DNA of 64,000 bases from Fidelibacterota bacterium. Lineage in GTDB: Bacteria; Fidelibacterota; UBA8477. The position numbers and the translations under genes are program-made. Shown piece by piece: positions 1 through 8,792 of this stretch (positions are counted from its first letter, which is position 1; each line of letters starts with the position of its first letter). The notes under the pieces are model-generated. The model had not been told where the DNA came from, did not search any database, and was given only the letters and a program-made list of their open reading frames with translations. The DNA is taken from contig JAIPJQ010000002.1 of NCBI GenBank assembly GCA_021734065.1, positions 2,136-66,135 on the forward strand. The letters are read 5' to 3'.

Positions 1-447
1 GGGTTCCAGCCCGGTCAATCCGGTATCCTTCAGCGCTTTTTCAAGATTGGCCAGAAAACGCGGCATCCGCGGACCATTGGCCATGGCGTCAATTCCCCGC
101 TTGTTCTTTATTTTCAAACCCGGTAAGCCGATTCCAATGATGACCTGGCTCTCCTGGTCATCATTGGGCAGGACAGCCTGAATCGCCCGCTGGAACGTGT
201 CAATAATGGCCTTTTCCTGCTTCTTTTCAGTCCCAGTTTGTTCAACTGCACCCTTTTCACGCTGGGATAGCTGTTTTTTCAGTGGAACCGGTTTGAAACC
301 AGACTTGTAATGATTCGAGGTATCGTAATTCACCTCCACGCACGGTTTTACTGTTGAAAACCGAATGGGATCAGTATGGACCATCACCCGGTTTACCAGC
401 ACTTTCGATGCGCCACCGTCAATGCCGAGTAGTATAAAATCTGTCAT
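1..447 (-). CDS. BadF/BadG/BcrA/BcrD-type ASKHA ATPase (N-acetylglucosamine-kinase-like), N-terminal part; ORF runs off the window start
   Basis: Minus-strand ORF with ATG at 447..445 reading MTDFILLGIDGGASKVLVNRV..., open to position 1. The ILLGIDGGASK phosphate-1 motif is typical of the BadF/NagK family. It lies 2 nt downstream of the GT2 stop. It is absent from the ORF track only because it is incomplete. Confidence 0.5.
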   Translation of the reverse strand, partial: MTDFILLGIDGGASKVLVNRVMVHTDPIRFSTVKPCVEVNYDTSNHYKSGFKPVPLKKQLSQREKGAVEQTGTEKKQEKAIIDTFQRAIQAVLPNDDQESQVIIGIGLPGLKIKNKRGIDAMANGPRMPRFLANLEKALKDTGLTGLEP

Positions 448-449
448 TC

Positions 450-1922
450 TCAACCTACTCCGTTCATTTGTTTTCGTCGTTCCAATGCTTCCAATCGCAT
501 CCAGTCTTTGGCATTGTTATTCCGGTCAACTGTCTGCTGATCAATGCTGTGATCCGTTCCACCGGAATGCCGTACCACTTTGTACACCGGATCCCACACC
601 CGGCCAATACGATGATGTTCGCTCATTCGCAATACAAAATGATAGTCTTCACCGTAATTACGGGCATACGGCGAGGTATTCATGTCCAATAATCCCAGAT
701 CCCTGGCAGCATCCACATAGAATGAACGCGGTGCTCCCGCGCCATTGATGCGCAGCAGATTGTTCCGGCCATTCTCATCGGTCCATTCGCCGTGGGTCAC
801 AACCGGAATACTATCCATGCGCACCAATTCACCCGAGGATTTTAACTCCCAGACCTCGTAAGAACCGATTACCATACCGATTTTGGGGTCCTCTTTATAA
901 ACCTTCACAATTTTTTCCACAGCGTCCGGCATTAACTGGTCATCCGAGTCCAACTGTATATAAAATTTGCCCTTTGCCGCTTCCAAACCACTGTTGAGGC
1001 AAAAACCGATATTGTTTATGTCGTGTACGATCAGGGTCACCGGTGGTTTTTCCGGGTCGTATTTCTCGCCACCCGGCAGATATGCCTGCACTGCGGGAAC
1101 AGTGGGATCGTTCTCACCACCATTCACCACGACGATGACTTCGACCTCCTTCACCGTCTGTTTAAACACCGACTCAATGGCCATTCCGATGAATTTGGGA
1201 CGGCTATTGACCGGGATGATCACTGAAGCGGTCAACGCATAGTCTTTGTCATAATAGGGAACTTTTGTATAGTGTTGGCCGGGTTCCAGATAGGCACCGA
1301 TTCGCTGCAAATACCGGCTCAGCACCCGCTCCCGCTCCAACTGCAATTCCTTGTCCGCCAAGAGGTAGGCAAAGACATTCTGGGTGTCGGCCAATTTCGT
1401 AACCGTATAAAGAGCACCGGCATATCGATTGGCGATATGCACCAACCGCCCTGCCTCACTCAGCCGCAACCGCAATTCATACAGCAGGCTCCGCTGGTTA
1501 TCCGCATCCAGAGGCATCACATCTCCCAGCTTTTCACGATTCAGCAGCCACACGAAGCCATAATCGGTGTCATCCCGCAACCGGCCGGCATGATGATCCA
1601 GTAAATGCGTTTCCTGTAATTCACCGTCAGCCACAATTTCATAATCCGAATAGATCATGGCCCAGTCCGGTTCTGTTTGAGACACCAGGCGCAGGAGATC
1701 CGGCGCACTCTTCTTCAGGGAAATGACATATTGAGACGCATCAATTACCAGCACGGTTTCCGACTTTGTTTGTTGAAATGCGTCAGATAGTTCCGCGCCA
1801 TTAATGTCACCCAGTTCCCGGGTGACCACCAGGTGTCCTTCAAGCTGCTTTAATAAGGGTTGTACATCTACCTTTGAAGTGTTTGTTAGTAGAACCACAT
1901 CCAGTTGGTTTGCCATGAGCAA
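450..1922 (-). CDS. Two-domain glycosyltransferase, family 2 (C-terminal GT-A catalytic domain with DSDD motif)
   Basis: 490 aa. ASVIIPVNSRPKFIGMAIESVFKQT...IVVVNGG plus DSDDQLMPDAV (DxD) fit the GT2 fold. The N-terminal half looks like a second, degenerate GT-A-like domain. Confidence 0.65.
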   Translation of the reverse strand: MLMANQLDVVLLTNTSKVDVQPLLKQLEGHLVVTRELGDINGAELSDAFQQTKSETVLVIDASQYVISLKKSAPDLLRLVSQTEPDWAMIYSDYEIVADGELQETHLLDHHAGRLRDDTDYGFVWLLNREKLGDVMPLDADNQRSLLYELRLRLSEAGRLVHIANRYAGALYTVTKLADTQNVFAYLLADKELQLERERVLSRYLQRIGAYLEPGQHYTKVPYYDKDYALTASVIIPVNSRPKFIGMAIESVFKQTVKEVEVIVVVNGGENDPTVPAVQAYLPGGEKYDPEKPPVTLIVHDINNIGFCLNSGLEAAKGKFYIQLDSDDQLMPDAVEKIVKVYKEDPKIGMVIGSYEVWELKSSGELVRMDSIPVVTHGEWTDENGRNNLLRINGAGAPRSFYVDAARDLGLLDMNTSPYARNYGEDYHFVLRMSEHHRIGRVWDPVYKVVRHSGGTDHSIDQQTVDRNNNAKDWMRLEALERRKQMNGVG

Positions 1923-2078
1923 TTGTTCCTTTCGCTATATTATCAGCATCATTTTCATTTTCGAAGAACCACAAATCCTGAACGACAATAGGGTAGTTTT
2001 TCAGGTCGTTCACACAACAAAAATTGTTTGCTAAACATCAATGATTTGTAGGTTTGTAAATCAATTTTTACCAAATAT

Positions 2079-3164
2079 CTATTCATCATCATAAACGCGC
2101 TCTACTCTGGGAGAAATACCGCAACATATTTCATAAGGAATCGTTCCCAGGCGCTGACTTACAACAGCAACAGCGGTATTTTTATTTTTTCCACCCAGGA
2201 CCGTGAAATATTGACCCGGCTTCACATCCGTCTCACCCAGATCGATCATGATATGGTCCATGGTAACGGTTCCCACCACCGGGAATTCATACCCTTCACA
2301 GGTTACCAGTCCACGATTGGACAGGGCTCTGCGATACCCATCCGCGTAGCCGATGCGCAGGGTACCAAGGCGCGATTTTGTGCTGGTCCGCCAAGTCTCG
2401 CCATAACTCACCGGCTCTCCTGCTGACAGGATTGATTGGCGAACCAAGGGCGCGGTTACCGTCATTACCGGTTTTAGGTCAGCTAAAAATTTTTGCTCCG
2501 GTGTGGTATCGTAACCGTAGAGTCCGATACCGAGTCGAATGGCATCATAGGACAGTTCCGGATGGGTGAGAATGCCAGCGGAATTAGACAAATGTTTGAG
2601 ACCCTCAAACCCTTTTTCGTTTAGGCGGTCGCAGAGTTGGTTAAAGGTGTGTTTTTGTTTCAATACTGATACTTCGTTCGGTGTATCCGCTGAAGAGAGA
2701 TGGGAATACACGCCGGTGATATTCAAATATCTGGAGGTGTGCTTTAAAACTGCCAAAACTTCGTCCGGAGCCAAGCCCAGCCGATTCATACCGGTATTCA
2801 CATTCAGATGTACGGAAATGGGACGGGTAGCCGCTCGGTCCAGTTGAACATAGTCTTCCCAACTGGTGATGGTACCGATAGCTCGCGGTGGTAAATCATT
2901 CAGTTCATGAGGAAATATTCGTGAGAAAACCAGAATATCCACATCCGGATACACTCGGGCCACTTCCTGCGATTCCTCCAGGGTCGCCACAGCAACAAGA
3001 GGAATCTCAAAATCCTCCCGCAAAATCTTCATAACGGGAATTGCCCCGTGACCATAAGCATTGGCTTTCACAACCGGTATGATCAAGGCTGAATGACTTC
3101 GGATTTTGAATCGGGAATAGTTATGGATTAAGGCGTCTGCCGAAATGTGACACAGGGCTCTCAC
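2079..3164 (-). CDS. alr: Alanine racemase
   Basis: 361 aa. N-terminal PLP-lysine motif VVKANAYGHG and the overall length fit Alr. The start appears to be GTG at 3164. Confidence 0.85.
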   Translation of the reverse strand: MRALCHISADALIHNYSRFKIRSHSALIIPVVKANAYGHGAIPVMKILREDFEIPLVAVATLEESQEVARVYPDVDILVFSRIFPHELNDLPPRAIGTITSWEDYVQLDRAATRPISVHLNVNTGMNRLGLAPDEVLAVLKHTSRYLNITGVYSHLSSADTPNEVSVLKQKHTFNQLCDRLNEKGFEGLKHLSNSAGILTHPELSYDAIRLGIGLYGYDTTPEQKFLADLKPVMTVTAPLVRQSILSAGEPVSYGETWRTSTKSRLGTLRIGYADGYRRALSNRGLVTCEGYEFPVVGTVTMDHIMIDLGETDVKPGQYFTVLGGKNKNTAVAVVSQRLGTIPYEICCGISPRVERVYDDE

Positions 3165-3210
3165 GCGCAGCCCCGCTGAAGGGTATTAAAGAAACCAAGT
3201 CCGTACATTA

Positions 3211-3320
3211 AAAAAACCCGTCCTTTCCTGCTGCTTACCTCTACTCCTGCCTTATTGCAGCGTCGTGCAACGACCGTTTGTCGTTGGAGGTAAATCCGCT
3301 TGTTTAAATTGGGACGGGCG
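3211..3320 (-). promoter_or_regulatory. Structured ~110-nt element in the alr leader: several hairpins enclosed by CCCGTCC...GGACGGG, ending in a U7 tract
   Basis: Minus-strand RNA cgcccgtccc...caacgacaaacggtcgttg...gctgcaataaggcagg...gcagc...aggacggguuuuuuu. Nested inverted repeats are visible directly in the sequence. Confidence 0.3.
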
Positions 3321-3321
3321 T

Positions 3322-3358
3322 AAAAAAAAGGGACGCATGTTTGCGCATGCGCCCCTTG
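3322..3358 (-). terminator. Rho-independent terminator of hup
   Basis: On the minus strand GGGGCGCAUG-cgcaaa-CAUGCGUCCC forms a 10-bp stem (one G·U) followed by UUUUUUUU, 12 nt after the hup stop. Confidence 0.7.
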
Positions 3359-3369
3359 TGTAGCTCTGC

Positions 3370-3645
3370 TTACTTGTTGACGGCAGCTTTCAAAGCCTTG
3401 CCGGCTTTGAAACGGGGAACCGTGCTGGCCGGAACATTGATGCTGGCACCCGTACGGGGGTTGCGAGCTGTACGAGCTTTACGATCGGAAGCTTCAAATG
3501 TACCAAAGCCTACCAATGTGAGCTTGTCTTTTTTCTTCAATGTTGTGGTCACAGCGTCGGTGAAAGCGCCCAGGGCACGTTCGGCCTGTGCTTTACTAAT
3601 CCCAGCGTCAGCAGCTATCTGCGCTACTAATTCCTGTTTCTTCAT
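3370..3645 (-). CDS. hup: HU-family DNA-binding protein
   Basis: 91 aa. LVGFGTFE...RNPRTG...VPRFKAGKALK matches the HU/IHF fold. An AGGAGG ribosome-binding site lies 8 nt upstream. Confidence 0.85.
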   Translation of the reverse strand: MKKQELVAQIAADAGISKAQAERALGAFTDAVTTTLKKKDKLTLVGFGTFEASDRKARTARNPRTGASINVPASTVPRFKAGKALKAAVNK

Positions 3646-3822
3646 AAGTTATCCTCCTCTTTAAAGGTGTTGCCTGTTTCCCTGATTTATGCCAGCCAAA
3701 AAGGAATGAGCCAGTATGAGGTTTCCCTCCCTTTAAGCTGCCCTTTCAATGCAATTCCTAGGCTATGAGAGCATTGATTTTGATGCAAGTTAAGGGAATT
3801 ACATATAAAGTCAAGATATATA

Positions 3823-4311
3823 TTAACCCTTACTCCGCTTGGGTTTGCGGGCATTTTCCAGCTCTCTAAGACGCGTTTTTAACGCGCCAAAACTATCAAA
3901 TATTTCAGTAACACATCCCAGAATCCAGGATGAAATTTTCTCACGGGGAATCTCACTCACCAGATACACCGGAATGTTGTGATAAAAAGCCAGTGTCAGT
4001 TCCCCCTGCGTTCCACCGCCGGCCATTACATATTCATCCCACTTGCAAATCATATAATCCGTGTGAAATAAAATATACTTAAGGTCTTGTTTTATAATAC
4101 GATGCATGACTTCCTGGAAGCGCGGGAAATCGGCATTTTTCCACTGTCGAAATTCCTTCTGCTCCCTTGCGGTTAATACACTGAACTCGTGATGAGTGGG
4201 ATCGTGAACCGTATGGTGCAGCTCATTTTCTAAATACGGACGCAGGCTCTCACGCCATTCCCGACCACCATCCGGGGCTGCTTCCATGGCACCAGCCAGA
4301 TAGACGTTCAT
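3823..4311 (-). CDS. Nucleoside 2-deoxyribosyltransferase-like (YtoQ-like Rossmann) protein
   Basis: 162 aa. N-terminal MNVYLAGAM... and AGGGTQGELTLAF resemble the NDT-like/YtoQ family. Its ATG overlaps the stop of the upstream ABC-2 permease (ATGA). Confidence 0.35.
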   Translation of the reverse strand: MNVYLAGAMEAAPDGGREWRESLRPYLENELHHTVHDPTHHEFSVLTAREQKEFRQWKNADFPRFQEVMHRIIKQDLKYILFHTDYMICKWDEYVMAGGGTQGELTLAFYHNIPVYLVSEIPREKISSWILGCVTEIFDSFGALKTRLRELENARKPKRSKG

Positions 4312-5105
4312 GCCCTGCCTCGGTTGTCGGTAAGCAAATGAACGACACCCACCAACAGCGCAGTCTCAATAAAAGCGATGATTAAAAAAAGATTTTCAAT
4401 GGTACCACGCAGGAACCCGGACTGGGCACCGGCAACCAACGTATGGGTGGGTAGCCAGTACACCAGGGATTCAAAAACCGGCGAATAGCCGGAAATCTCC
4501 CATCCAAGTCCGGAAACCAGAAAAATGGGGAAGATGAAAAAAGTAACCAGACGTCCCAGCAACGGTCCCGGTGGTGTGTACATACCGGCTAAATGCCCCC
4601 AGGCGGCGAATTGAATGGCGGTGAGGAGCATAAAGACCAAAAATGCCTGAATATTGACGTGAATACCGGATGTGCCAGCCAAGAAGATGGTAATGAGCAG
4701 AATGATAATGCCATGCACCAATCCCTTGGTAGCACCCAAGGTGAGTTCTGCCAGCAGTAAACCGGGTTTATTGGGGAAGGCACCCATCAAAATCACCTCG
4801 TCCCACTGCCGATTTCTTCGATTTGTCACATGAAACCAAGCGAGAGAATCAAACGCTGTCAATGCAATGGTGAGAAGAACCAGGCCGGGAATCAGATATG
4901 CCAGATACGGGATGCCATCCATAGTACCCACTATCGCTTGAAACCCTAAACCGAAAAATAGAAAAAAGAGGATGGGTAATAAGAGATTCAGAATCCCTTC
5001 ACTCACCAGATTTCGCCGGTATAATGTGAGCTCCCGCCACCATAACGCCCGAAACGCATTATTCATTGATGATTTGCTCCTGCGACAAGGTGTGGATGAA
5101 TGCAT
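4308..5105 (-). CDS. ABC-2 type transporter permease
   Basis: 265 aa with six predicted transmembrane helices. It overlaps the upstream ATPase gene by 47 nt. Confidence 0.6.
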   Translation of the reverse strand: MHSSTPCRRSKSSMNNAFRALWWRELTLYRRNLVSEGILNLLLPILFFLFFGLGFQAIVGTMDGIPYLAYLIPGLVLLTIALTAFDSLAWFHVTNRRNRQWDEVILMGAFPNKPGLLLAELTLGATKGLVHGIIILLITIFLAGTSGIHVNIQAFLVFMLLTAIQFAAWGHLAGMYTPPGPLLGRLVTFFIFPIFLVSGLGWEISGYSPVFESLVYWLPTHTLVAGAQSGFLRGTIENLFLIIAFIETALLVGVVHLLTDNRGRA

Positions 5106-5991
5106 CGGCTAGCCGGGTCTTTTTGGGCATGAAGGAAATAATATTTTCTGCATCAAAAAGTTGAAGGATTTTACTGGGACTCGTCTGATACCGGGTGACA
5201 ATGGCGTACACATTTTCGTGGCGTGAGAAATCCAGAACCAACTCAGATTTTGTCAATTTCTGATACTCAGCTTCGTTAATTTCGTTTACGCGAGCTTCCA
5301 GGACCTGATTGGGTTGCTGGGCATGCAATACCGCTTCCACAGACCCGTCTACCAGAATATGGCCATGATCCATGATGATTAACCGGTCAGCTACATGTTC
5401 CACCTCGGCCATACTACTGGTGATCATGACAATCGTGAGTCGGGATCGTTGCTCCCGTAGATATTCCCATATGGCCAATGCAGTCTGACGATCCATGGAA
5501 CGGGTCGGCTCATCCAGCAGAAGAATCGACGGGTGCGTCAGCAAGGTACGCATTAGTTGAATCTTACGCTTTATGCCATATGCCAGACCATCTGGAAGCT
5601 GGTGCAATCCGTCCATCAGATTGAATCGCTCTGCGAGCCCTAAAATCCGAGCTTCGGCTTCCTCATCCGAAATACCATGCAATCGGCTATGAAATACGAA
5701 ATTCTCCAACACCGTGAGCTGTTCATCCAAAACAACCTGTTGCCCCATATAACCAATCTGCTGACGGATCTGAATGGGACGGGCGGTAAGATTTTGCCCG
5801 TTCACATATCCGGAACCCTGGGAGGGACGAACCATTGTGGCCATGATTTTGAGGAGAGTGCTTTTCCCGCTACCCGAGGGTCCCACGATGGAAAAAATGG
5901 TCCCATGCTCCACACCGAATGACAGATTATTCACAGCGGTAACCGGACCAAATTTTTTCGTGATATTTCGAAGGGTGATTGAAACTGCCAT
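5059..5991 (-). CDS. ABC transporter ATP-binding protein with degenerate signature and H-loop motifs
   Basis: Walker A GPSGSGKST, Q-loop and Walker B LLLDEPT are intact. The signature motif reads LAYGIK instead of LSGGQ, and the H-loop His is replaced (ITSSM). A C-terminal ~90-aa extension is present. Confidence 0.75.
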   Translation of the reverse strand: MAVSITLRNITKKFGPVTAVNNLSFGVEHGTIFSIVGPSGSGKSTLLKIMATMVRPSQGSGYVNGQNLTARPIQIRQQIGYMGQQVVLDEQLTVLENFVFHSRLHGISDEEAEARILGLAERFNLMDGLHQLPDGLAYGIKRKIQLMRTLLTHPSILLLDEPTRSMDRQTALAIWEYLREQRSRLTIVMITSSMAEVEHVADRLIIMDHGHILVDGSVEAVLHAQQPNQVLEARVNEINEAEYQKLTKSELVLDFSRHENVYAIVTRYQTSPSKILQLFDAENIISFMPKKTRLADAFIHTLSQEQIINE

Positions 5992-6026
5992 ACCCGCTTG
6001 CCTACTCCCTCAACTGCCAATGACCA

Positions 6027-7055
6027 CTACGCCGGGTCTGAAGTTGACTCAACTTCCGCATCAATTTTTATGCCTAATTCATCAAATGCCACCCAACAAC
6101 GAGTACTCAAACCATTTTCTTGGTCATACGTCATCAGGGGCGGCTCAGCATGCTTACAACGCTCCTCCGCCACGGGACAGCGGGGATGAAATTTACAGCC
6201 TTCCGGAAACTCGGTCGGTACGGGAACAACGCCCTCGATAACTGCGAGACGACTAACCTTTTTCCTGGGATTGGGTATGGATTTTAACAACCCCTGGGTG
6301 TAGGGATGTTTGGGTGATTTAAAAATCGTCCGGATGTCGCCCTCTTCCACGATTTTCCCGGCGTACATAACAATAACCCGCTTGGTCACTTCTGCTATCA
6401 CACCCAGGTCGTGGGTGATGATAATCATCGACATATTGAATTGCTTCTGCAGGCCGGCTATTAATTTCAAAATCTGCGCCTGCACCGTTACATCCAATGC
6501 CGTGGTGGGCTCATCCGCAATCAGCAGTTTTGGGTTACAGGACAATGCCATGGCGATCATGACCCGCTGACGCATACCGCCGGACAACTGGTGGGGATAC
6601 TCATCAATTCGCTGCTCCGGCGCCGGGATTCCCACCAGTTTTAACATTTCAATGGCTCGTTTTTTCGCTTCGGTTTTATCAACATGTTGATGCAACCGAA
6701 TCGCTTCCATGATTTGATCACCACAGGTAAAAACCGGATTCAGCGAGGTCATGGGCTCCTGGAAAATCATGGAAATTTCATTTCCCCGGATCCGGCGCAT
6801 TCTCTCTTCCGGCAATGCGCGCACATCTATACCATCAAAAGTGATTTCTCCGCTGACGATCTCACCCGGTGGAATGGGGATTAGCCGCATGACCGACAGA
6901 GCGGTGACTGATTTACCGCAACCTGATTCCCCTACGATTCCCAATGTTTCACCCTTATCCACATGGAATGTCACATCATCCACCGCTTTGGCCAGTCCCT
7001 CTTCGGTGGAGAAAAAGGTCCTCAGGTTTTTTACATCCAGTAATCGTTCAGCCAA
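6027..7055 (-). CDS. oppD: Oligopeptide/dipeptide ABC transporter ATP-binding protein (OppD/OppF type)
   Basis: Walker A GESGCGKS, signature LSGGMRQR, Walker [13 protein letters not shown]. The C-terminal KHPYTQGLL plus Cys cluster CKFHPRCP...C is typical of the OppD/F C-terminal domain. Confidence 0.8.
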   Translation of the reverse strand: MAERLLDVKNLRTFFSTEEGLAKAVDDVTFHVDKGETLGIVGESGCGKSVTALSVMRLIPIPPGEIVSGEITFDGIDVRALPEERMRRIRGNEISMIFQEPMTSLNPVFTCGDQIMEAIRLHQHVDKTEAKKRAIEMLKLVGIPAPEQRIDEYPHQLSGGMRQRVMIAMALSCNPKLLIADEPTTALDVTVQAQILKLIAGLQKQFNMSMIIITHDLGVIAEVTKRVIVMYAGKIVEEGDIRTIFKSPKHPYTQGLLKSIPNPRKKVSRLAVIEGVVPVPTEFPEGCKFHPRCPVAEERCKHAEPPLMTYDQENGLSTRCWVAFDELGIKIDAEVESTSDPA

Positions 7056-7096
7056 AATGACTCCTTTATTCGGTCAGCTTCCCCGCCTCACGACGA

Positions 7097-7921
7097 TTAA
7101 GCCCTTTCTGTCTGCTTGCCCCGTTCCCGGAATGCCTGTACACCCAGGAGAATCACGATAACGGCCAGCAACCAATAGGTCGCGTGATGATATTCAGAGC
7201 CACTGAACTGGATCAGATCGTAAAAGCGTCCAATGAGCAGAGAAATTCGTCCCATCACGGCAAATCCAAAGGCCGCACCAAAGGAGATCATGAGGAACCA
7301 GATTCCCACGCGACTGATTTTCCCGAACATCCCCGTGTGTTCTTTGGAAAAGAAAAAGTAAAACAAACCGGTAAGCGTGCCAATGATGATGAGAATGGAG
7401 TTAATAGCCGTACCCCAGCCGTCGAACAGCGGCAGTGCTGATCCCCGGACCTGGGCCAGAATATTGGAATTCAGGAATCCGTACAACCGGAGCCCGGCGG
7501 CCAGACCCACTACATACGCCATGGACCAGCGCGCCAGCCAACCCAGTTTGCGGGAAAGCCGGAACAGCATGAAAATCCCAAGGATAAATGGAACCATATA
7601 GACCAGATTCATTTCATGACCTTTGTCGATTCCACCCTCCGGGAAAATTCCACTGTGGAACCAACCGAAAAAGTCGTAGATACCATACCAGGCGGCCCTT
7701 AATCCACCCATTTCTCCATCCACTTTCGGCCACAAACGCCCAAACAAATTGGGCTGGATCTGCGTCCAGAAAAATGTACTGGCCCAGTACCCGGCCGAAA
7801 CACCCACAAACAGGTGTTCAGCGGCTTTATAAAATGGATTGTCTTTATAGAGAAAACTGAAAATTGCCAGGGTCAGGAAGACCGCGAACCAGGCACCAAT
7901 AATTTCTGTTGTAAACAACAT
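7097..7921 (-). CDS. Uncharacterised multi-pass membrane protein (about 7 TM helices)
   Basis: 274 aa, strongly hydrophobic, no family recognised. It belongs to the tightly packed block between oppC and oppD. Confidence 0.5.
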   Translation of the reverse strand: MLFTTEIIGAWFAVFLTLAIFSFLYKDNPFYKAAEHLFVGVSAGYWASTFFWTQIQPNLFGRLWPKVDGEMGGLRAAWYGIYDFFGWFHSGIFPEGGIDKGHEMNLVYMVPFILGIFMLFRLSRKLGWLARWSMAYVVGLAAGLRLYGFLNSNILAQVRGSALPLFDGWGTAINSILIIIGTLTGLFYFFFSKEHTGMFGKISRVGIWFLMISFGAAFGFAVMGRISLLIGRFYDLIQFSGSEYHHATYWLLAVIVILLGVQAFRERGKQTERA

Positions 7922-7936
7922 GCTCGATCCTCCTGA

Positions 7937-8788
7937 TTAATATTTCTTCTGAGAGCGTTTGCGTTCCAGGAAATAGGTAATATTCCCGAAAATAATGAAC
8001 AGCACGATCACCAGATGCGCGATGGACTGGGCATCCATTCCCGAGATTCCCAACCCTGGTTTCCCCACCAACGCTTCATATTCCGCGGCGCCCGGCATGC
8101 CCGCGATAACACCCCGCAACTGGCCTGCATTTTCATAAGGAATAATTTCATTCACCTGAATGGAAGCCGTACCAGTGGTCATGGGCACACCCGTGGGATC
8201 ACTGCCATACTGGACCCATTCCACGGTACCGGGATATCCGGCGGAAAAGCTGAATATCAGGTTAAAATCCTTGAGACTATACACACCTGCCATCATGGGA
8301 ATGGAATCCACCAGTGTATTTTGATAATCCACAGTGTAGAGCTTGCGCAAATTGCTGGCAATGCCCTTCACTACCGCCTCATTCCCGGGACGGAATCCCA
8401 ACAGCACATAATCTTCACCATAAACCGTATCGTACAGCGGCGCAATGGCGTTGAGTGCGTCAATTGCCATGAACTGACCATCGGGCCAGAGACAAACCAC
8501 GTAGACCTTGATACCTTTCAAAAAGGCATGGTGCAACACCGCTTCGGCCATGGGGTGAATTTCCGGTTTTGTACTGGGGCCGTATTCAAATGACATTAAC
8601 AACCGGTCACCCGCCTGCAATGAATCAACCGCATTGAATGAGCGTTGCGTCGTCTCCGTCGCCCGAATGGGTAAGCCCAAGGGTTTGAGAAGCGGAATGA
8701 GCACCACAATAGCGATGAGCAGGAAAATGACCCGGCGATCCACTTTCCCCAGTTTAATCAGAATTGTAATGAATTTATTTTTATCCAT
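7937..8788 (-). CDS. Uncharacterised membrane-anchored protein (N-terminal and C-terminal TM helices flanking a ~230-aa domain)
   Basis: The track ORF 7937..8824 begins at a TTG. The ATG at 8788 (MDKNKFITIL...) lies 4 nt after the upstream stop and is the preferred start. No family recognised. Confidence 0.5.
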   Translation of the reverse strand: MDKNKFITILIKLGKVDRRVIFLLIAIVVLIPLLKPLGLPIRATETTQRSFNAVDSLQAGDRLLMSFEYGPSTKPEIHPMAEAVLHHAFLKGIKVYVVCLWPDGQFMAIDALNAIAPLYDTVYGEDYVLLGFRPGNEAVVKGIASNLRKLYTVDYQNTLVDSIPMMAGVYSLKDFNLIFSFSAGYPGTVEWVQYGSDPTGVPMTTGTASIQVNEIIPYENAGQLRGVIAGMPGAAEYEALVGKPGLGISGMDAQSIAHLVIVLFIIFGNITYFLERKRSQKKY

Positions 8789-8792
8789 GGTC

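Noticed and set aside
365-748. Plus-strand ORFs (365..748, 468..692, 967..1242 and others) overlapping the GT2 gene
   Set aside because: Shadow ORFs antisense to a well-supported gene. No motifs. They overlap the minus-strand ATPase and GT2 coding regions.
8015-8593. 192-aa plus-strand ORF, and many similar antisense ORFs (for example 15779..16573, 41547..41978, 58261..58986, 52254..52808)
   Set aside because: They lie entirely inside confidently identified genes on the opposite strand. They are Arg/His/Cys-rich, as is typical of spurious antisense frames.
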